Of a stretch of 64,000 bases of DNA, positions 18,856 to 28,138 are shown piece by piece. Below the pieces are notes generated by a model that was not told the DNA's origin, ran no database searches, and worked only from the letters and a program-made list of their open reading frames with translations. The stretch covers positions 132,948-196,947 of the forward strand of contig JAKITS010000001.1 of the NCBI GenBank assembly GCA_021648085.1, given 5' to 3'. A program made the translations under genes and the position numbers. The stretch is from Candidatus Magasanikiibacteriota bacterium (lineage in GTDB: Bacteria > Patescibacteriota > Patescibacteriia > Magasanikbacterales > UBA922). The first letter of the stretch is position 1. Each line of letters begins with the position of its first letter.

Positions 18856-20883
18856 ATGTTTATGGAAAAAAGACAAGGTTTATTCTGTTTATTTTTTACT
18901 ACTTTAGTCATTATTTTGTTGCCAAATGTTTTGTTTGCACAAGTTTCAAATGATCCAAATGTGAAACAGTGGAGTTATAATGATTTGGGACTCTATAAAG
19001 CTTGGGCTAGTGAAACAGGATCAAAAGATGTTGTAGTTGCGATAATTGATAACGGTTTTGATACTTTTCACCCAGATCTTTATGATAATGTTTGGAAAAA
19101 TTCAGGTGAAATAGCTGGAAACAACATAGATGACGATAAAAACGGATATATAGACGATATTTGGGGTTGGAATTTTTCTTATAAAGATTTAGATGGGAGT
19201 GGTGGTATTTCGGCAGAAGAATCTTTTGGTAATAACGACCCAAGACCAAGTGCTTTTGATATTCCAGCTGTAGAAGATTTTATACATCACGGTACGTTAG
19301 TTGCTGGAATTATTGGATCTGTTGGAAATAATCTAACAGATGGTGTGGGTGTAAATTGGAATGTAAGTCTAATGAATTTGAAGGTAGTTGAAAGTAATGG
19401 AGATGGCTCTGCTAGTGCCTTGGTAAATGCAATTAGATATGCAGTAGATAACAATGCAGATGTGATAAACATAAGTATGGTGACTGGTCTTTTCGACGAA
19501 AAAATAAATGACGCTATAAAATATGCTTATGAAAACAATGTTGCCGTTGTCGCTGCAGCAGGAAATAACTCAAGATCATTAAATGTATCACCTCTTTATC
19601 CTGTTTGTACAGATGAAAAAACAGGGAAAAGAATGGTTTTGGGAGTGAGTGCTATGAATGAAGACCATAGAAAAGCTTTTTTCTCTAACTTTGGATCAAA
19701 CTGTATAGACATCACAGCTCCTGGTACAAATATAGCCAGTACAATGCGTTATGCTCCTCGTTATGGTCTTACAGAACAGTACGGTGGAGGGTGGAGTGGA
19801 ACTTCTTTTGCAACTCCTTTTGTGAGTGGAGCTCTTGCGCTTGTAAAATCTATTCAACCAAGCTGGGGTGTGGATAAACTTTTTGATGCTGTACTTTCTA
19901 CTGTTCACAGAACACCTCCAAAAGATCCAGAGTCTTATGCTCATTTGTTTGGAGCTGGTCTTTTGCAAATAGATAAGGCTGTAAAATTTGCAATGGAAAG
20001 TTTACCAGAAGTTCCAAAAGGAAATACTGTGGTTGCAGTAGACTTGAAAACGGGTTTAATTGAGTACAACGATTTAAAAAAAGAAGAGATTAGTCTGTTT
20101 ACAAAAAAAACAATTGCAGGTATAAATTCAATTACTTCATTTGTTGATAATGGACAGACAAAATTTGCAACTATAAAAAGAGAAAATGGTAAGGTAAAAA
20201 TAAGTATTTTAAATAGTGATTTTAAGGTTGAAAGCTCATTCAATGTGCCATTGTTTAGTAGTGATTTGGGTATAAAAGTCGGAAATGTTTTGGGTAGTGC
20301 AGAGTATGAAATAATATTATTTCCAAAATACAGCTCATTTACAACTTTTATTATTTATAGTAAAACTGGAGAATATCTAGACTCTAAAGAGGTAAAAATA
20401 AAACACACTGGAGTTTCACTAGATTTGGTAAACGGGGTTGAAAAAACAGAAATTGTGCTTGTTTATAAAAATGCTGACGGAAAATTTTCATTGAAGCATT
20501 TTGATACCAATTTAGCAGAAAAAAAGGAGATTCCACTATCTTTCTTCAAGGTTTTGCCAAATTTTAATGTTGGAGATCTAGATGGAGATAAAAAAGAAGA
20601 ATTTGTTGTTTCGTCTCGCAAAAACCAAGAGCCATTTGTGTCAATTTATGAACAAAACGGGGATTGGAGTAGAACATTTTATGCAAATTCGCCATCTTAT
20701 ACTGGTGGTTTTTCTTCCACAATTATAGATTATGACAATGATGGGAAAGATGATATTGTATTAAATTTATTATCAGGAGAAAAAAAGATTTCTGTTTGGA
20801 ATTATAGGTCAAAAAAGATAGGTAAGTGGGTTCCATTTAACGGAAAAAATGTGTCAAATGCTCATCTATTTGCTATTAAATAA
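18856..20883 (+). CDS. Secreted subtilisin-like serine peptidase (S8) with C-terminal FG-GAP/VCBS-like repeats
   Basis: Signal peptide. Catalytic triad blocks 'VAIIDNGFD', 'HGTLVAGIIG', 'GTSFATPFVSGALAL'. The C-terminal 'DLDGDKKEEFVV' and 'DYDNDGKDDIVL' are FG-GAP-like. Confidence 0.8.
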   Translation: MFMEKRQGLFCLFFTTLVIILLPNVLFAQVSNDPNVKQWSYNDLGLYKAWASETGSKDVVVAIIDNGFDTFHPDLYDNVWKNSGEIAGNNIDDDKNGYIDDIWGWNFSYKDLDGSGGISAEESFGNNDPRPSAFDIPAVEDFIHHGTLVAGIIGSVGNNLTDGVGVNWNVSLMNLKVVESNGDGSASALVNAIRYAVDNNADVINISMVTGLFDEKINDAIKYAYENNVAVVAAAGNNSRSLNVSPLYPVCTDEKTGKRMVLGVSAMNEDHRKAFFSNFGSNCIDITAPGTNIASTMRYAPRYGLTEQYGGGWSGTSFATPFVSGALALVKSIQPSWGVDKLFDAVLSTVHRTPPKDPESYAHLFGAGLLQIDKAVKFAMESLPEVPKGNTVVAVDLKTGLIEYNDLKKEEISLFTKKTIAGINSITSFVDNGQTKFATIKRENGKVKISILNSDFKVESSFNVPLFSSDLGIKVGNVLGSAEYEIILFPKYSSFTTFIIYSKTGEYLDSKEVKIKHTGVSLDLVNGVEKTEIVLVYKNADGKFSLKHFDTNLAEKKEIPLSFFKVLPNFNVGDLDGDKKEEFVVSSRKNQEPFVSIYEQNGDWSRTFYANSPSYTGGFSSTIIDYDNDGKDDIVLNLLSGEKKISVWNYRSKKIGKWVPFNGKNVSNAHLFAIK

Positions 20884-20907
20884 ATACTTTAAAGTAATTT
20901 TATTTTT

Positions 20908-21927
20908 ATGAATAATAAAGAAAACCCAATTTTTGAAAAAAAGAATGTTTTAGTGACGGGCGGCGCGGGTTTTATTGGTTCACATTTGTGTGAACGACTC
21001 CTTAGAGAAGCTAAAGTTATTTGTGTTGATGATTTATCAAATTCCTCAATACAAAACATAGATCATTTGCTTCAATACCCAGATTTTGAATTTATTCGTT
21101 ATGATGTAAACAATCCAATCGATTTGGAACAGTTCGACGAACTGGATAAGTTTAAAGTTAAATTTCAAGGAATTCAAGAGATTTATCATTTGGCTTGCCC
21201 TACAAATGTAAAAGATTTTGAAAAATTGAAACTTCAAACTTTGTGGGCAAATTCTAGGGCAATGATTTCTACTCTAGATTTGGCTGTAAAACACAAAGCA
21301 AAATATGTTTTTGCTTCTAGCTCTGTAGTTTACGGTCCTGCCACAGACGAGAGGATTGTGTTCAAAGAAGATGAGGAGGGAATTGTAGATCATCTTTCCC
21401 CAAGAGCTTGTTATGACGAGGGAAAGCGTTTTGCAGAGACTTGTGTGGAAACTTATAGACAAGTACACGGTTTAGATGGTAAGATAGCTAGAATATTTAG
21501 AACATACGGACCTAGAATAAGGTTGCGAAGTGGGCTATTTATTTCAGATTTTATTTTGGATGCGTTGGAAGGAAGAGATTTGGAAATTTACGGTGGAGAG
21601 GAGAAGGCACAGACTCTTTGTTATGTTTCAGATGTTGTAGATGGGCTTGTTAGGCTTATGAAAAGCCCACAAGATTTGAGTGTTGTAAATTTAGGATCAG
21701 ACGCAATGTATAGGCTTGCAGATGTTGCAAATAAAATAATTGATCTTACAGAGTCAACTTCAAAAGTTGTATTTGAAGATGCTATGAAATTTATAAGTAG
21801 ACCTGGGGTTCCAGACCTGTCTTTGGCTCGTGAAAAATTGGGCTGGATTCCACTTGTTCGCGTTGAGGATGGTTTACAGAAAACAGTCGACTACACAATA
21901 GCAAATAAGGCTAGATTATCTCTATAG
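20908..21927 (+). CDS. UDP-glucuronate decarboxylase-like NAD-dependent epimerase/dehydratase (UXS family)
   Basis: 'VLVTGGAGFIGSHLCERL' and catalytic 'CYDEGKRFAE'. Confidence 0.75.
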   Translation: MNNKENPIFEKKNVLVTGGAGFIGSHLCERLLREAKVICVDDLSNSSIQNIDHLLQYPDFEFIRYDVNNPIDLEQFDELDKFKVKFQGIQEIYHLACPTNVKDFEKLKLQTLWANSRAMISTLDLAVKHKAKYVFASSSVVYGPATDERIVFKEDEEGIVDHLSPRACYDEGKRFAETCVETYRQVHGLDGKIARIFRTYGPRIRLRSGLFISDFILDALEGRDLEIYGGEEKAQTLCYVSDVVDGLVRLMKSPQDLSVVNLGSDAMYRLADVANKIIDLTESTSKVVFEDAMKFISRPGVPDLSLAREKLGWIPLVRVEDGLQKTVDYTIANKARLSL

Positions 21928-21954
21928 GTTGTGAGTTTTCTTTAATTTGTTGAT

Positions 21955-22617
21955 ATGATAATAGCGATAGTACCAGCTTACAATGAAGAAAAAAATATAG
22001 GTTCCGTAGTTCAGGACCTTTTTGGAGTTGTGGATAAGGTTGTTGTAGTAGACGATGGATCTAAAGATAATACAACAGAAACAGCGCAAAAGGCAGGAGC
22101 AACTGTATTGAGTCATTTTATAAATCGTGGACAGGGTGCAGCACTTCAGACAGGTCATGATTTTGCAAAAAAGATTGGGGCAGAATTTGTAGTTCATTTT
22201 GATGGTGATGCACAGTTTGCGGCAGGGGACATTTTGACAGCACTAGAAAAAATAAAAAAATATAATGCAGATATTTTGTTTGGCTCTAGATTTTTAGAGA
22301 AAAAATCTAAAATTCCATTTGCAAAAAAGTATGTGGTTTTACCGTTGGCAAGAGTCGTTAGTATTTTTTTTGGAAGTGTAAAATTGTCGGATGCTCATAA
22401 TGGTTTTAGAATATTAAATAGAAACGCATTGGATAAAATTGTAATAACACAAGATAGAATGGCACACGCAACACAAATTCCAGCTTTGGTAAAAAAACAC
22501 AAATTAACCTTTGTGGAATATCCTGTAAATGTAATTTATAGAGAATATGGACAAAACTTTTTTTCAGGATTTAAAATAGTAGAAGATTTGTTTTTTGGTA
22601 AATTTTTAAATAAATAA
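21955..22617 (+). CDS. GT2 glycosyltransferase (dolichyl/polyprenyl-phosphate sugar synthase-like)
   Basis: 'IIAIVPAYNEEKNIGSVV...VVVVDDGSKDNT'. Short 220-aa DPM1-like architecture. Confidence 0.75.
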   Translation: MIIAIVPAYNEEKNIGSVVQDLFGVVDKVVVVDDGSKDNTTETAQKAGATVLSHFINRGQGAALQTGHDFAKKIGAEFVVHFDGDAQFAAGDILTALEKIKKYNADILFGSRFLEKKSKIPFAKKYVVLPLARVVSIFFGSVKLSDAHNGFRILNRNALDKIVITQDRMAHATQIPALVKKHKLTFVEYPVNVIYREYGQNFFSGFKIVEDLFFGKFLNK

Positions 22618-22632
22618 TATGATAATTATTTT

Positions 22633-22700
22633 GTCATTCCTTGCTTAATTAGGAATTTATGAGTCTTTAGTCATAAAATAGGAAGTGGATCCACAGTCAG
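22633..22700. repeat. Partial or divergent family B-like element
   Basis: Begins 'GTCATTCCTTGCTTAATTAGGAATTTATGAG' (family B left terminus). The right terminus is not recognisable. Confidence 0.35.
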
Positions 22701-22754
22701 GCTAAAAATGGCAAATTAGAAAGTTCTAAACTTAATTCTTATATCTTTTCCATC

Positions 22755-22920
22755 ACGTCATCCTGAGCGAAGCCGAAGGATCTCGATTTAAGATCATTAA
22801 AACACAAAATATTCATAGTTCTAATGAAATTAAATCGAGATATTTCGACTCCACTGCGTTCCGCTCAATATGACGTGAGCTTTGATTTTCAACTCCGTTT
22901 CACCCCGCTCAATATGACGT
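22755..22920. repeat. Cluster of three family A repeat units between GT2 and the DUF2304-like gene
   Basis: 22755-22785 'ACGTCATCCTGAGCGAAGCCGAAGGATCTCG'. 22836-22876 'CGAGATATTTCGACTCCACTGCGTTCCGCTCAATATGACGT'. 22893-22920 'CTCCGTTTCACCCCGCTCAATATGACGT'. Confidence 0.75.
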
Positions 22921-22947
22921 ATAATCCATACTTAATACTTTCGTAAT

Positions 22948-23286
22948 ATGATAATTTTATTTCAAATTTTATTTGTACTTTTTTCTATGTTTGCTGTTTT
23001 TGCTGTGTGGAAAAAGAAGGAAAAAGGACTTTTAGGACCAAAAGGAGTGTTTTTTTGGACATCTTTTTGGTTGCTCGCTGTGGTGGCAGTAGTTTGGCCT
23101 GAAAGCACCAGTATTTTAGCCTCAAAATTTGGAATAGGAAGGGGTGTTGATTTAGTTTTTTATTTTGCTTTTGTAATACTTTTTTATATTATTTTTCGTT
23201 TGCATATAAAAATTGAGTCTGTTGGCAGGGATATTACAAAGATTGTTCGCAAAAATGCAATTAATAGTAAACATAGTTCAAAATAA
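22948..23286 (+). CDS. Small membrane protein, DUF2304-like (commonly partnered with DPM1-like GT2)
   Basis: 112 aa with two to three TM helices and a basic tail. The gene order GT2, small TM protein, GT4 is typical of DUF2304 loci. The family assignment is from memory. Confidence 0.45.
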   Translation: MIILFQILFVLFSMFAVFAVWKKKEKGLLGPKGVFFWTSFWLLAVVAVVWPESTSILASKFGIGRGVDLVFYFAFVILFYIIFRLHIKIESVGRDITKIVRKNAINSKHSSK

Positions 23287-23290
23287 TTTT

Positions 23291-24415
23291 ATGAAGATTG
23301 CTCAAATTATTTGTACTTATCCCCCTTATCGTGGTGGAATGGGTAATTCTGTTTTTGAGGCTTCAAAATATCTAAGAAAGTTGGGGAATGAAGTGGAGGT
23401 TTTTACACCATTTTACACTGAAAATGAAATTAAACTTCCAAATGTAAATTATGAAAAACCGATATTTTCTTTTGGAAAAGCTGCAAGAATAAAAAAGTTT
23501 TTAGATGGGTTAACTAATTTTGATATTGTACATTTACATTATCCATTTTTTGGTACAGCTAGTTTGGTCGCAAAATGGAAAAAAGAAAATCCAAAAATTC
23601 CACTCGTGATTACTTATCATATGGACGCCACAGCAAGTGGGTGGAAAGGTTTAATTTTCAAACTTTACTCAAAAATTTTAATGCCAAAAATTTTAAATTC
23701 CGCAGATGCTTTAATTGCATCTACTTTTGATTTTGTTGAAAATAGTCAAGCAAAAAATATACACAAAAAAACAAAAGAAAAATGGCATGAAGTCCCTTTT
23801 GGTGTGGATATCGAAAGGTTTAAAATAAGAGAAAAAGACGAAAAACTTTTTGAAAAATATAATTTGGATAAAAACAAAAAAACTATTTTGTTTGTTGGTG
23901 GAATGGACAAAGGTCATCATTTCAAAGGGGTTCCAGTTTTGCTAGAAGCACTCAAAAAACTTCAAACGAATAATTGGCAGTGTATTTTAGTAGGAGAAGG
24001 TGATTTAAGAGAGGGGTTTATAAAATTAACAAATAAATTAGGTTTAAACGAAAAAGTAAAATTTGTAGGAAATGTATCTGAAGAATTGTTACCAAAATAT
24101 TACAATTTGGCTGATTTGTTTGTGTTACCTTCAGTAAGTAGTGCTGAGGCTTTTGGTATTGTTTTGCTAGAAGCTATGGCAAGTAGTGTTCCTGTGGTTG
24201 CCACAAATTTACCAGGAGTTAGAAAAATAGCCCGAAAAGGTGGGGAAGTGGCAGAAATAAATAATTCAGAAGATTTAATTATTAAAATAGAAAGTGTTTT
24301 AGAAAGATATGAGCATAAAAATTTAAAAATAAAACTTCAAGAAATAATTAAAAAAGAATATTCTTGGGAAATCTCAGTTTGTAAGTTGTTAAAAATATAC
24401 AAAAAACTAATCTAA
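23291..24415 (+). CDS. Family 4 (GT-B) glycosyltransferase
   Basis: 'MKIAQIICTYPPYRGGMGNSV' N-terminus and 'EAFGIVLLEAMASSVPVVATNLPGV' C-terminal GT4 motif. The track ORF starts at 23213, but the internal ATG at 23291 gives the canonical GT4 N-terminus. Confidence 0.8.
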   Translation: MKIAQIICTYPPYRGGMGNSVFEASKYLRKLGNEVEVFTPFYTENEIKLPNVNYEKPIFSFGKAARIKKFLDGLTNFDIVHLHYPFFGTASLVAKWKKENPKIPLVITYHMDATASGWKGLIFKLYSKILMPKILNSADALIASTFDFVENSQAKNIHKKTKEKWHEVPFGVDIERFKIREKDEKLFEKYNLDKNKKTILFVGGMDKGHHFKGVPVLLEALKKLQTNNWQCILVGEGDLREGFIKLTNKLGLNEKVKFVGNVSEELLPKYYNLADLFVLPSVSSAEAFGIVLLEAMASSVPVVATNLPGVRKIARKGGEVAEINNSEDLIIKIESVLERYEHKNLKIKLQEIIKKEYSWEISVCKLLKIYKKLI

Positions 24416-24476
24416 AACATTGGGGTGAAAAGTCAAATTGTGGTATAATCTATATATAATTTTTTACAATAAAAAT

Positions 24477-24806
24477 ATGGGTAGATTTAAAAAAGGTTTA
24501 TTTTTGGGTGCTTTGTTTGGTGCTGGAATGTCGCTGTTAAACACAACTAAAAAAGGTAATAAGATAAAAAAGAATATAAAAGAAACATCCGAAGAGATTT
24601 TTGTGCAAGTTAAAAAAGAGATAAAAGATAGTGGACTTGCAGGAAAAATTACAGATAGTAAGTACGCAAAAATCGCAGAAAAAAAAGTAAAAGCATATAC
24701 AAAGAAAAATCCTTGGGCAAAAACAATGTCGAATTCAATTGTAAAAACATTAAAAGCAAAACACGCAAAATGTAAAAAGAATTGCTGTAAAACATCTAAA
24801 AAATAG
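24477..24806 (+). CDS. YtxH-like small protein (DUF948)
   Basis: 'MGRFKKGLFLGALFGAGMSLL' followed by a lysine-rich coiled region. Confidence 0.4.
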   Translation: MGRFKKGLFLGALFGAGMSLLNTTKKGNKIKKNIKETSEEIFVQVKKEIKDSGLAGKITDSKYAKIAEKKVKAYTKKNPWAKTMSNSIVKTLKAKHAKCKKNCCKTSKK

Positions 24807-24812
24807 TTTGTT

Positions 24813-25847
24813 ATGAAGAGCTTGAGTTCATATTTTCAAACGGTTCTCAAAAAAAATGCATCAGACCTTCATCTTATTGCTGGCAAAAAACCAAGTATGC
24901 GTTTGGAGGGTAAATTGATTCATTTAAGTGAGAAAAAACTTCATCCAAAAGTTTTGAAAAAAGCTATCTTTTCTATTTTATCACCATCTCAAATAAAAAA
25001 GTTCAAAAGAACTTATGATTTGGATTTTAGCTATTCTATTAAAAACGGTAGATTTCGTATAAACTTGCACAAAAGTTTGAGCGGTTTGGGTTTGAGCGCT
25101 AGATATATTCCAAATTCTATTCCAAGTATAAAAGAGTTAAGGTTTGAGCCTTATTTAAAAGAAGCAACAAAATTGCTAGATGGTTTGGTGTTGGTGACAG
25201 GACCTACTGGTTCTGGAAAATCTACTACAATTTCTGCAATGATAGAACAAATAAACAAAACAAGAAAAGCACATATTATTACAATTGAAGATCCTATAGA
25301 ATTTGTTTTTAAAGATGATAAAAGTATAATAGAACAAAGAGAGGTTGGAGCAGATACGCCTTCTTTTGCGTCTGCTTTGAAACATGTTTTAAGACAAGAT
25401 CCAAATATTATAGTAGTTGGGGAGATGAGAGATCCAGAGACCATTGCAACAGTTTTGACAGCTGCAGAAACAGGACATCTTGTTTTTTCCACACTACATA
25501 CCCCAAGTGCCGCTGAGGCTGTAGAGCGTATTGTAGATGTGTTTGAGGGTGCAAAACAAAAGCAGATTTTGATTCAGTTTAGCTCTGTTTTGAGAGGTGT
25601 GATTTCTCAACAGCTAATTCCAGGGAAGAGTGGTAAGCGTGTAGCAGCAAGAGAAATTTTAGTAAATACACCAGCAGTTTCTAATTTAATTAGAGAAAAT
25701 AATATCTCACAACTTTATAGTTCTATTCAAACAGGTGGACGACACAAGATGATAAGTATGCGCAATTCTGTAAAGAAACTTTTAAAAGAAAAATTAATAA
25801 CAAAAGATATCGCTGAAAGGAGGGTTGGTAGATCTCGTAAGGTGTAA
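24813..25847 (+). CDS. pilT: Type IV pilus retraction ATPase PilT
   Basis: Walker A 'GPTGSGKSTT', 'AHIITIEDPIEF', 'VVGEMRD'. Length 344 aa. Confidence 0.8.
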   Translation: MKSLSSYFQTVLKKNASDLHLIAGKKPSMRLEGKLIHLSEKKLHPKVLKKAIFSILSPSQIKKFKRTYDLDFSYSIKNGRFRINLHKSLSGLGLSARYIPNSIPSIKELRFEPYLKEATKLLDGLVLVTGPTGSGKSTTISAMIEQINKTRKAHIITIEDPIEFVFKDDKSIIEQREVGADTPSFASALKHVLRQDPNIIVVGEMRDPETIATVLTAAETGHLVFSTLHTPSAAEAVERIVDVFEGAKQKQILIQFSSVLRGVISQQLIPGKSGKRVAAREILVNTPAVSNLIRENNISQLYSSIQTGGRHKMISMRNSVKKLLKEKLITKDIAERRVGRSRKV

Positions 25848-25852
25848 TAAGT

Positions 25853-27628
25853 GTGAATTTGTATTATTCCAAAAATAGTTTAAATAAAAAAAAGGGGGAT
25901 CGTAGTGATCCTCGTGTTCATATCGCAGCTTCAATGATTATTGTTGTTGCTTTTTTGATTATAACAAAATTATTTATTTTGATGGTTTGGCAAGGTCAGT
26001 TTTACAAAGCTATGGCCGCAGGCTCTCACGAAGTATTTGCACAATTATTTCCAAAAAGAGGGATTGTTTTTATACAAGACACAAGAACAAGTGAAAAATA
26101 TCCACTAGCTTTAAATCGTGACTTTTTTCTTTTGTTTGCAGACACAAGACTTATTGAAAATCAGGATGATATTGAAAATATAATAGAAAAACTTTCTGAT
26201 ATTTTTGAATATGAAGATGAAAAAAAAGATGAAATAAGACTACAACTAAGTAAAAAAGATGACCCATACGAACCAATAGAGAAAAAGGTAGATGAGAAAA
26301 CAAAAGAAATAATAGATGCTTTAGAACTACCAGGAATTGCTTTTATTCGAAGCTCACACAGATTTTATCCAGAAGAAAATCTCGGTGCACATATTATTGG
26401 TTTTTTGGGTAAAGATAGTGGTGGAAATAGTGTTGGGAGGTATGGCGTGGAAGGGTATTGGGATAAGGAATTGTCTGGAAGCGGTGGTTTTTATGAGGGT
26501 TTGAAAAGTGCCGTTGGAAATAGGATAGCTTTTGGAGATGTAAAATTTGAGCCAGCTCGAGATGGTGCGAACATTACACTCACAATAGACAGAACAATCC
26601 AGTTTCAAACCTGCAAGATACTGCAAGAAGCTATGGAAGAGTACGAAGCACAGTCTGCAACAGCAATAGTAATGGATCCAAACACAGGAGCAATTAGAGC
26701 AATGTGTAGTTTGCCAGATTTTAATCCAAATAATTATGGAAGTGTAAAGTCCGTAAGTGTCTTCAATAATTCTGCAATTTTTACTCCATACGAGCCAGGC
26801 TCTATTTTTAAACCAATTGTGATGGCGGCAGCAATAAACGAAAGTGTTTTAACGCCACAAACATATTTTTATGATACTGGTGTAAAAGAGGGTGTTTGTG
26901 ATACACCAATAAAAAATGCAGAAGGGAGAATTTACGAGGATCAAAATATGATTGGAGTTTTGGAAAATTCTATAAATACGGGTATGGTTTTTGTGGTAGA
27001 AAGATTGGGAAAAGAAAACCTACGAACATATATAGAAAATTTTGGTTTTGGTGCAAAAAATGGTCTTAAATTAGATACAGAAGTTGGTGGTACTTTAGAA
27101 TCACTAAGTAGAAATAAATCGAATAAGGTAGGTTGTTATACTGCCACAGCGTCTTTTGGGCAGGGTATAACAGCTACACCACTTCAAATGACAAGTGCTT
27201 TTGGTTCTTTGGCAAATGGCGGTCTTTTTTTAAGACCTTATGTGGTTGAAGAAATTGATTATTCAAATGGCAAAATAGAAAAAACAAAAACTAAAGAAAT
27301 TAGAAGGGTTATCTCTGGTAGCTCTTCATCTTTAATTTCTGGAATGCTTGTAAATGTGGTGGATAATGGTCAGGCTGGCGGAGCAAAAGTATCTGGATTT
27401 TATGTGGCTGGCAAAACAGGTACAGCTCAAATTTCAGGCATAGGTGGTTATACAGATGAGACAAACCATTCTTTTGTTGGGTATGCTCCAATAGACGATC
27501 CACAGTTTGTGTTATTTATAAAATTTGAAAAACCACAGCGTTCATATTCTTCTATGACGGCAGCACCAACTTTTGGTAAAATAGCAAAATTTATTTTAGA
27601 ATATTATGGAGTGCCTCCATCGAGATAA
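25853..27628 (+). CDS. Penicillin-binding protein 2 / FtsI-type transpeptidase
   Basis: N-terminal TM segment. 'GSIFKP' (SxxK), 'SIN' (SxN) and 'AGKTGTAQ' (KTG). GTG start as called in the track. Confidence 0.8.
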   Translation: MNLYYSKNSLNKKKGDRSDPRVHIAASMIIVVAFLIITKLFILMVWQGQFYKAMAAGSHEVFAQLFPKRGIVFIQDTRTSEKYPLALNRDFFLLFADTRLIENQDDIENIIEKLSDIFEYEDEKKDEIRLQLSKKDDPYEPIEKKVDEKTKEIIDALELPGIAFIRSSHRFYPEENLGAHIIGFLGKDSGGNSVGRYGVEGYWDKELSGSGGFYEGLKSAVGNRIAFGDVKFEPARDGANITLTIDRTIQFQTCKILQEAMEEYEAQSATAIVMDPNTGAIRAMCSLPDFNPNNYGSVKSVSVFNNSAIFTPYEPGSIFKPIVMAAAINESVLTPQTYFYDTGVKEGVCDTPIKNAEGRIYEDQNMIGVLENSINTGMVFVVERLGKENLRTYIENFGFGAKNGLKLDTEVGGTLESLSRNKSNKVGCYTATASFGQGITATPLQMTSAFGSLANGGLFLRPYVVEEIDYSNGKIEKTKTKEIRRVISGSSSSLISGMLVNVVDNGQAGGAKVSGFYVAGKTGTAQISGIGGYTDETNHSFVGYAPIDDPQFVLFIKFEKPQRSYSSMTAAPTFGKIAKFILEYYGVPPSR

Positions 27629-27633
27629 TAATA

Positions 27634-27662
27634 TTGACATTTTATTGGTTTTCTTATATAAT
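27634..27662 (+). promoter_or_regulatory. Consensus sigma-70 promoter for the tRNA pair
   Basis: TTGACA (27634-39), 17-nt spacer, TATAAT (27657-62). Confidence 0.6.
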
Positions 27663-27694
27663 GGGACTATTGTTAGATATAATTTATACAATTT

Positions 27695-27766
27695 GGCCTA
27701 TTCGTCTAGTGGTTAGGACGCCGGGTTCTCATCCCGGTAAGAGGGGTTCGATTCCCCTATAGGCTA
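27695..27766 (+). tRNA. tRNA-Glu (anticodon CUC)
   Basis: Cloverleaf with acceptor GGCCTAT/ATAGGCT, anticodon arm 'CCGGG TTCTCAT CCCGG' and T-arm 'AGGGG TTCGATT CCCCT'. No encoded CCA. Confidence 0.75.
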
Positions 27767-27796
27767 CATATAGATCTATTTAAAAATAAATCTAAT

Positions 27797-27870
27797 GGCT
27801 GGGTAGCTCAGTTGGTAAGAGCGCAGGATTCATAACCCTGAGGTCGGGAGTTCGACTCTCCCCCCAGTCA
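27797..27870 (+). tRNA. tRNA with CAU anticodon (elongator Met or Ile2-lysidine type)
   Basis: 'GGCTGGGTAGCTCAGTTGGTAAGAGC' D-arm, anticodon loop 'TTCATAA', T-arm 'GGGAG TTCGACT CTCCC', G1 pairs with C72 so it is not an initiator. Confidence 0.75.
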
Positions 27871-27878
27871 CAGAGGAA

Positions 27879-27914
27879 AGCAAATTAGGCAGAATAAGCA
27901 GATTAAGTAAGTAC
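27879..27914. repeat. Motif C (~32-35 nt), copy 1 of 3
   Basis: 'AGCAAATTAGGCAGAATAAGCAGATTAAGTAAGTAC'. Matches the reverse complements of 47661-47692 (28/31) and 38862-38893. Confidence 0.55.
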
Positions 27915-27950
27915 AAAAACAAAAAAACTCCATTTGGAGTTTTTTTTGTT
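27915..27950 (+). terminator. Intrinsic terminator after the tRNAs
   Basis: 'AAAAAACTCCATTTGGAGTTTTTTTT'. Confidence 0.65.
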
Positions 27951-28103
27951 TTAAGTTTTTACTTAACTACGTAGTAGTCTTAGTTCTTAACCTCGGAGAG
28001 GTCTTGTATAGTGGGTTGCATTATAGCAATAAATCAGAATACATTATATAATATATAGTATTGATAAAATGCAATCTTATGAAAAATAATGTTGTACAAA
28101 AAT

Positions 28104-28136
28104 TTGGGAGTTGAGATTGTAGATTTAATAAAATAA
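28104..28136. repeat. 33-bp direct repeat (left) flanking the rhuM cassette
   Basis: 'TTGGGAGTTGAGATTGTAGATTTAATAAAATAA', 30/33 identical to 29241-29273. Encodes the '...LGVEIVDLIK*' end of a 15-codon remnant ORF. Confidence 0.7.
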
Positions 28137-28138
28137 AT

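Noticed and set aside
23213-23290. N-terminal extension of the GT4 gene (track start 23213)
   Set aside because: It overlaps the end of the DUF2304-like gene. The canonical GT4 N-terminus begins at the internal ATG 23291.
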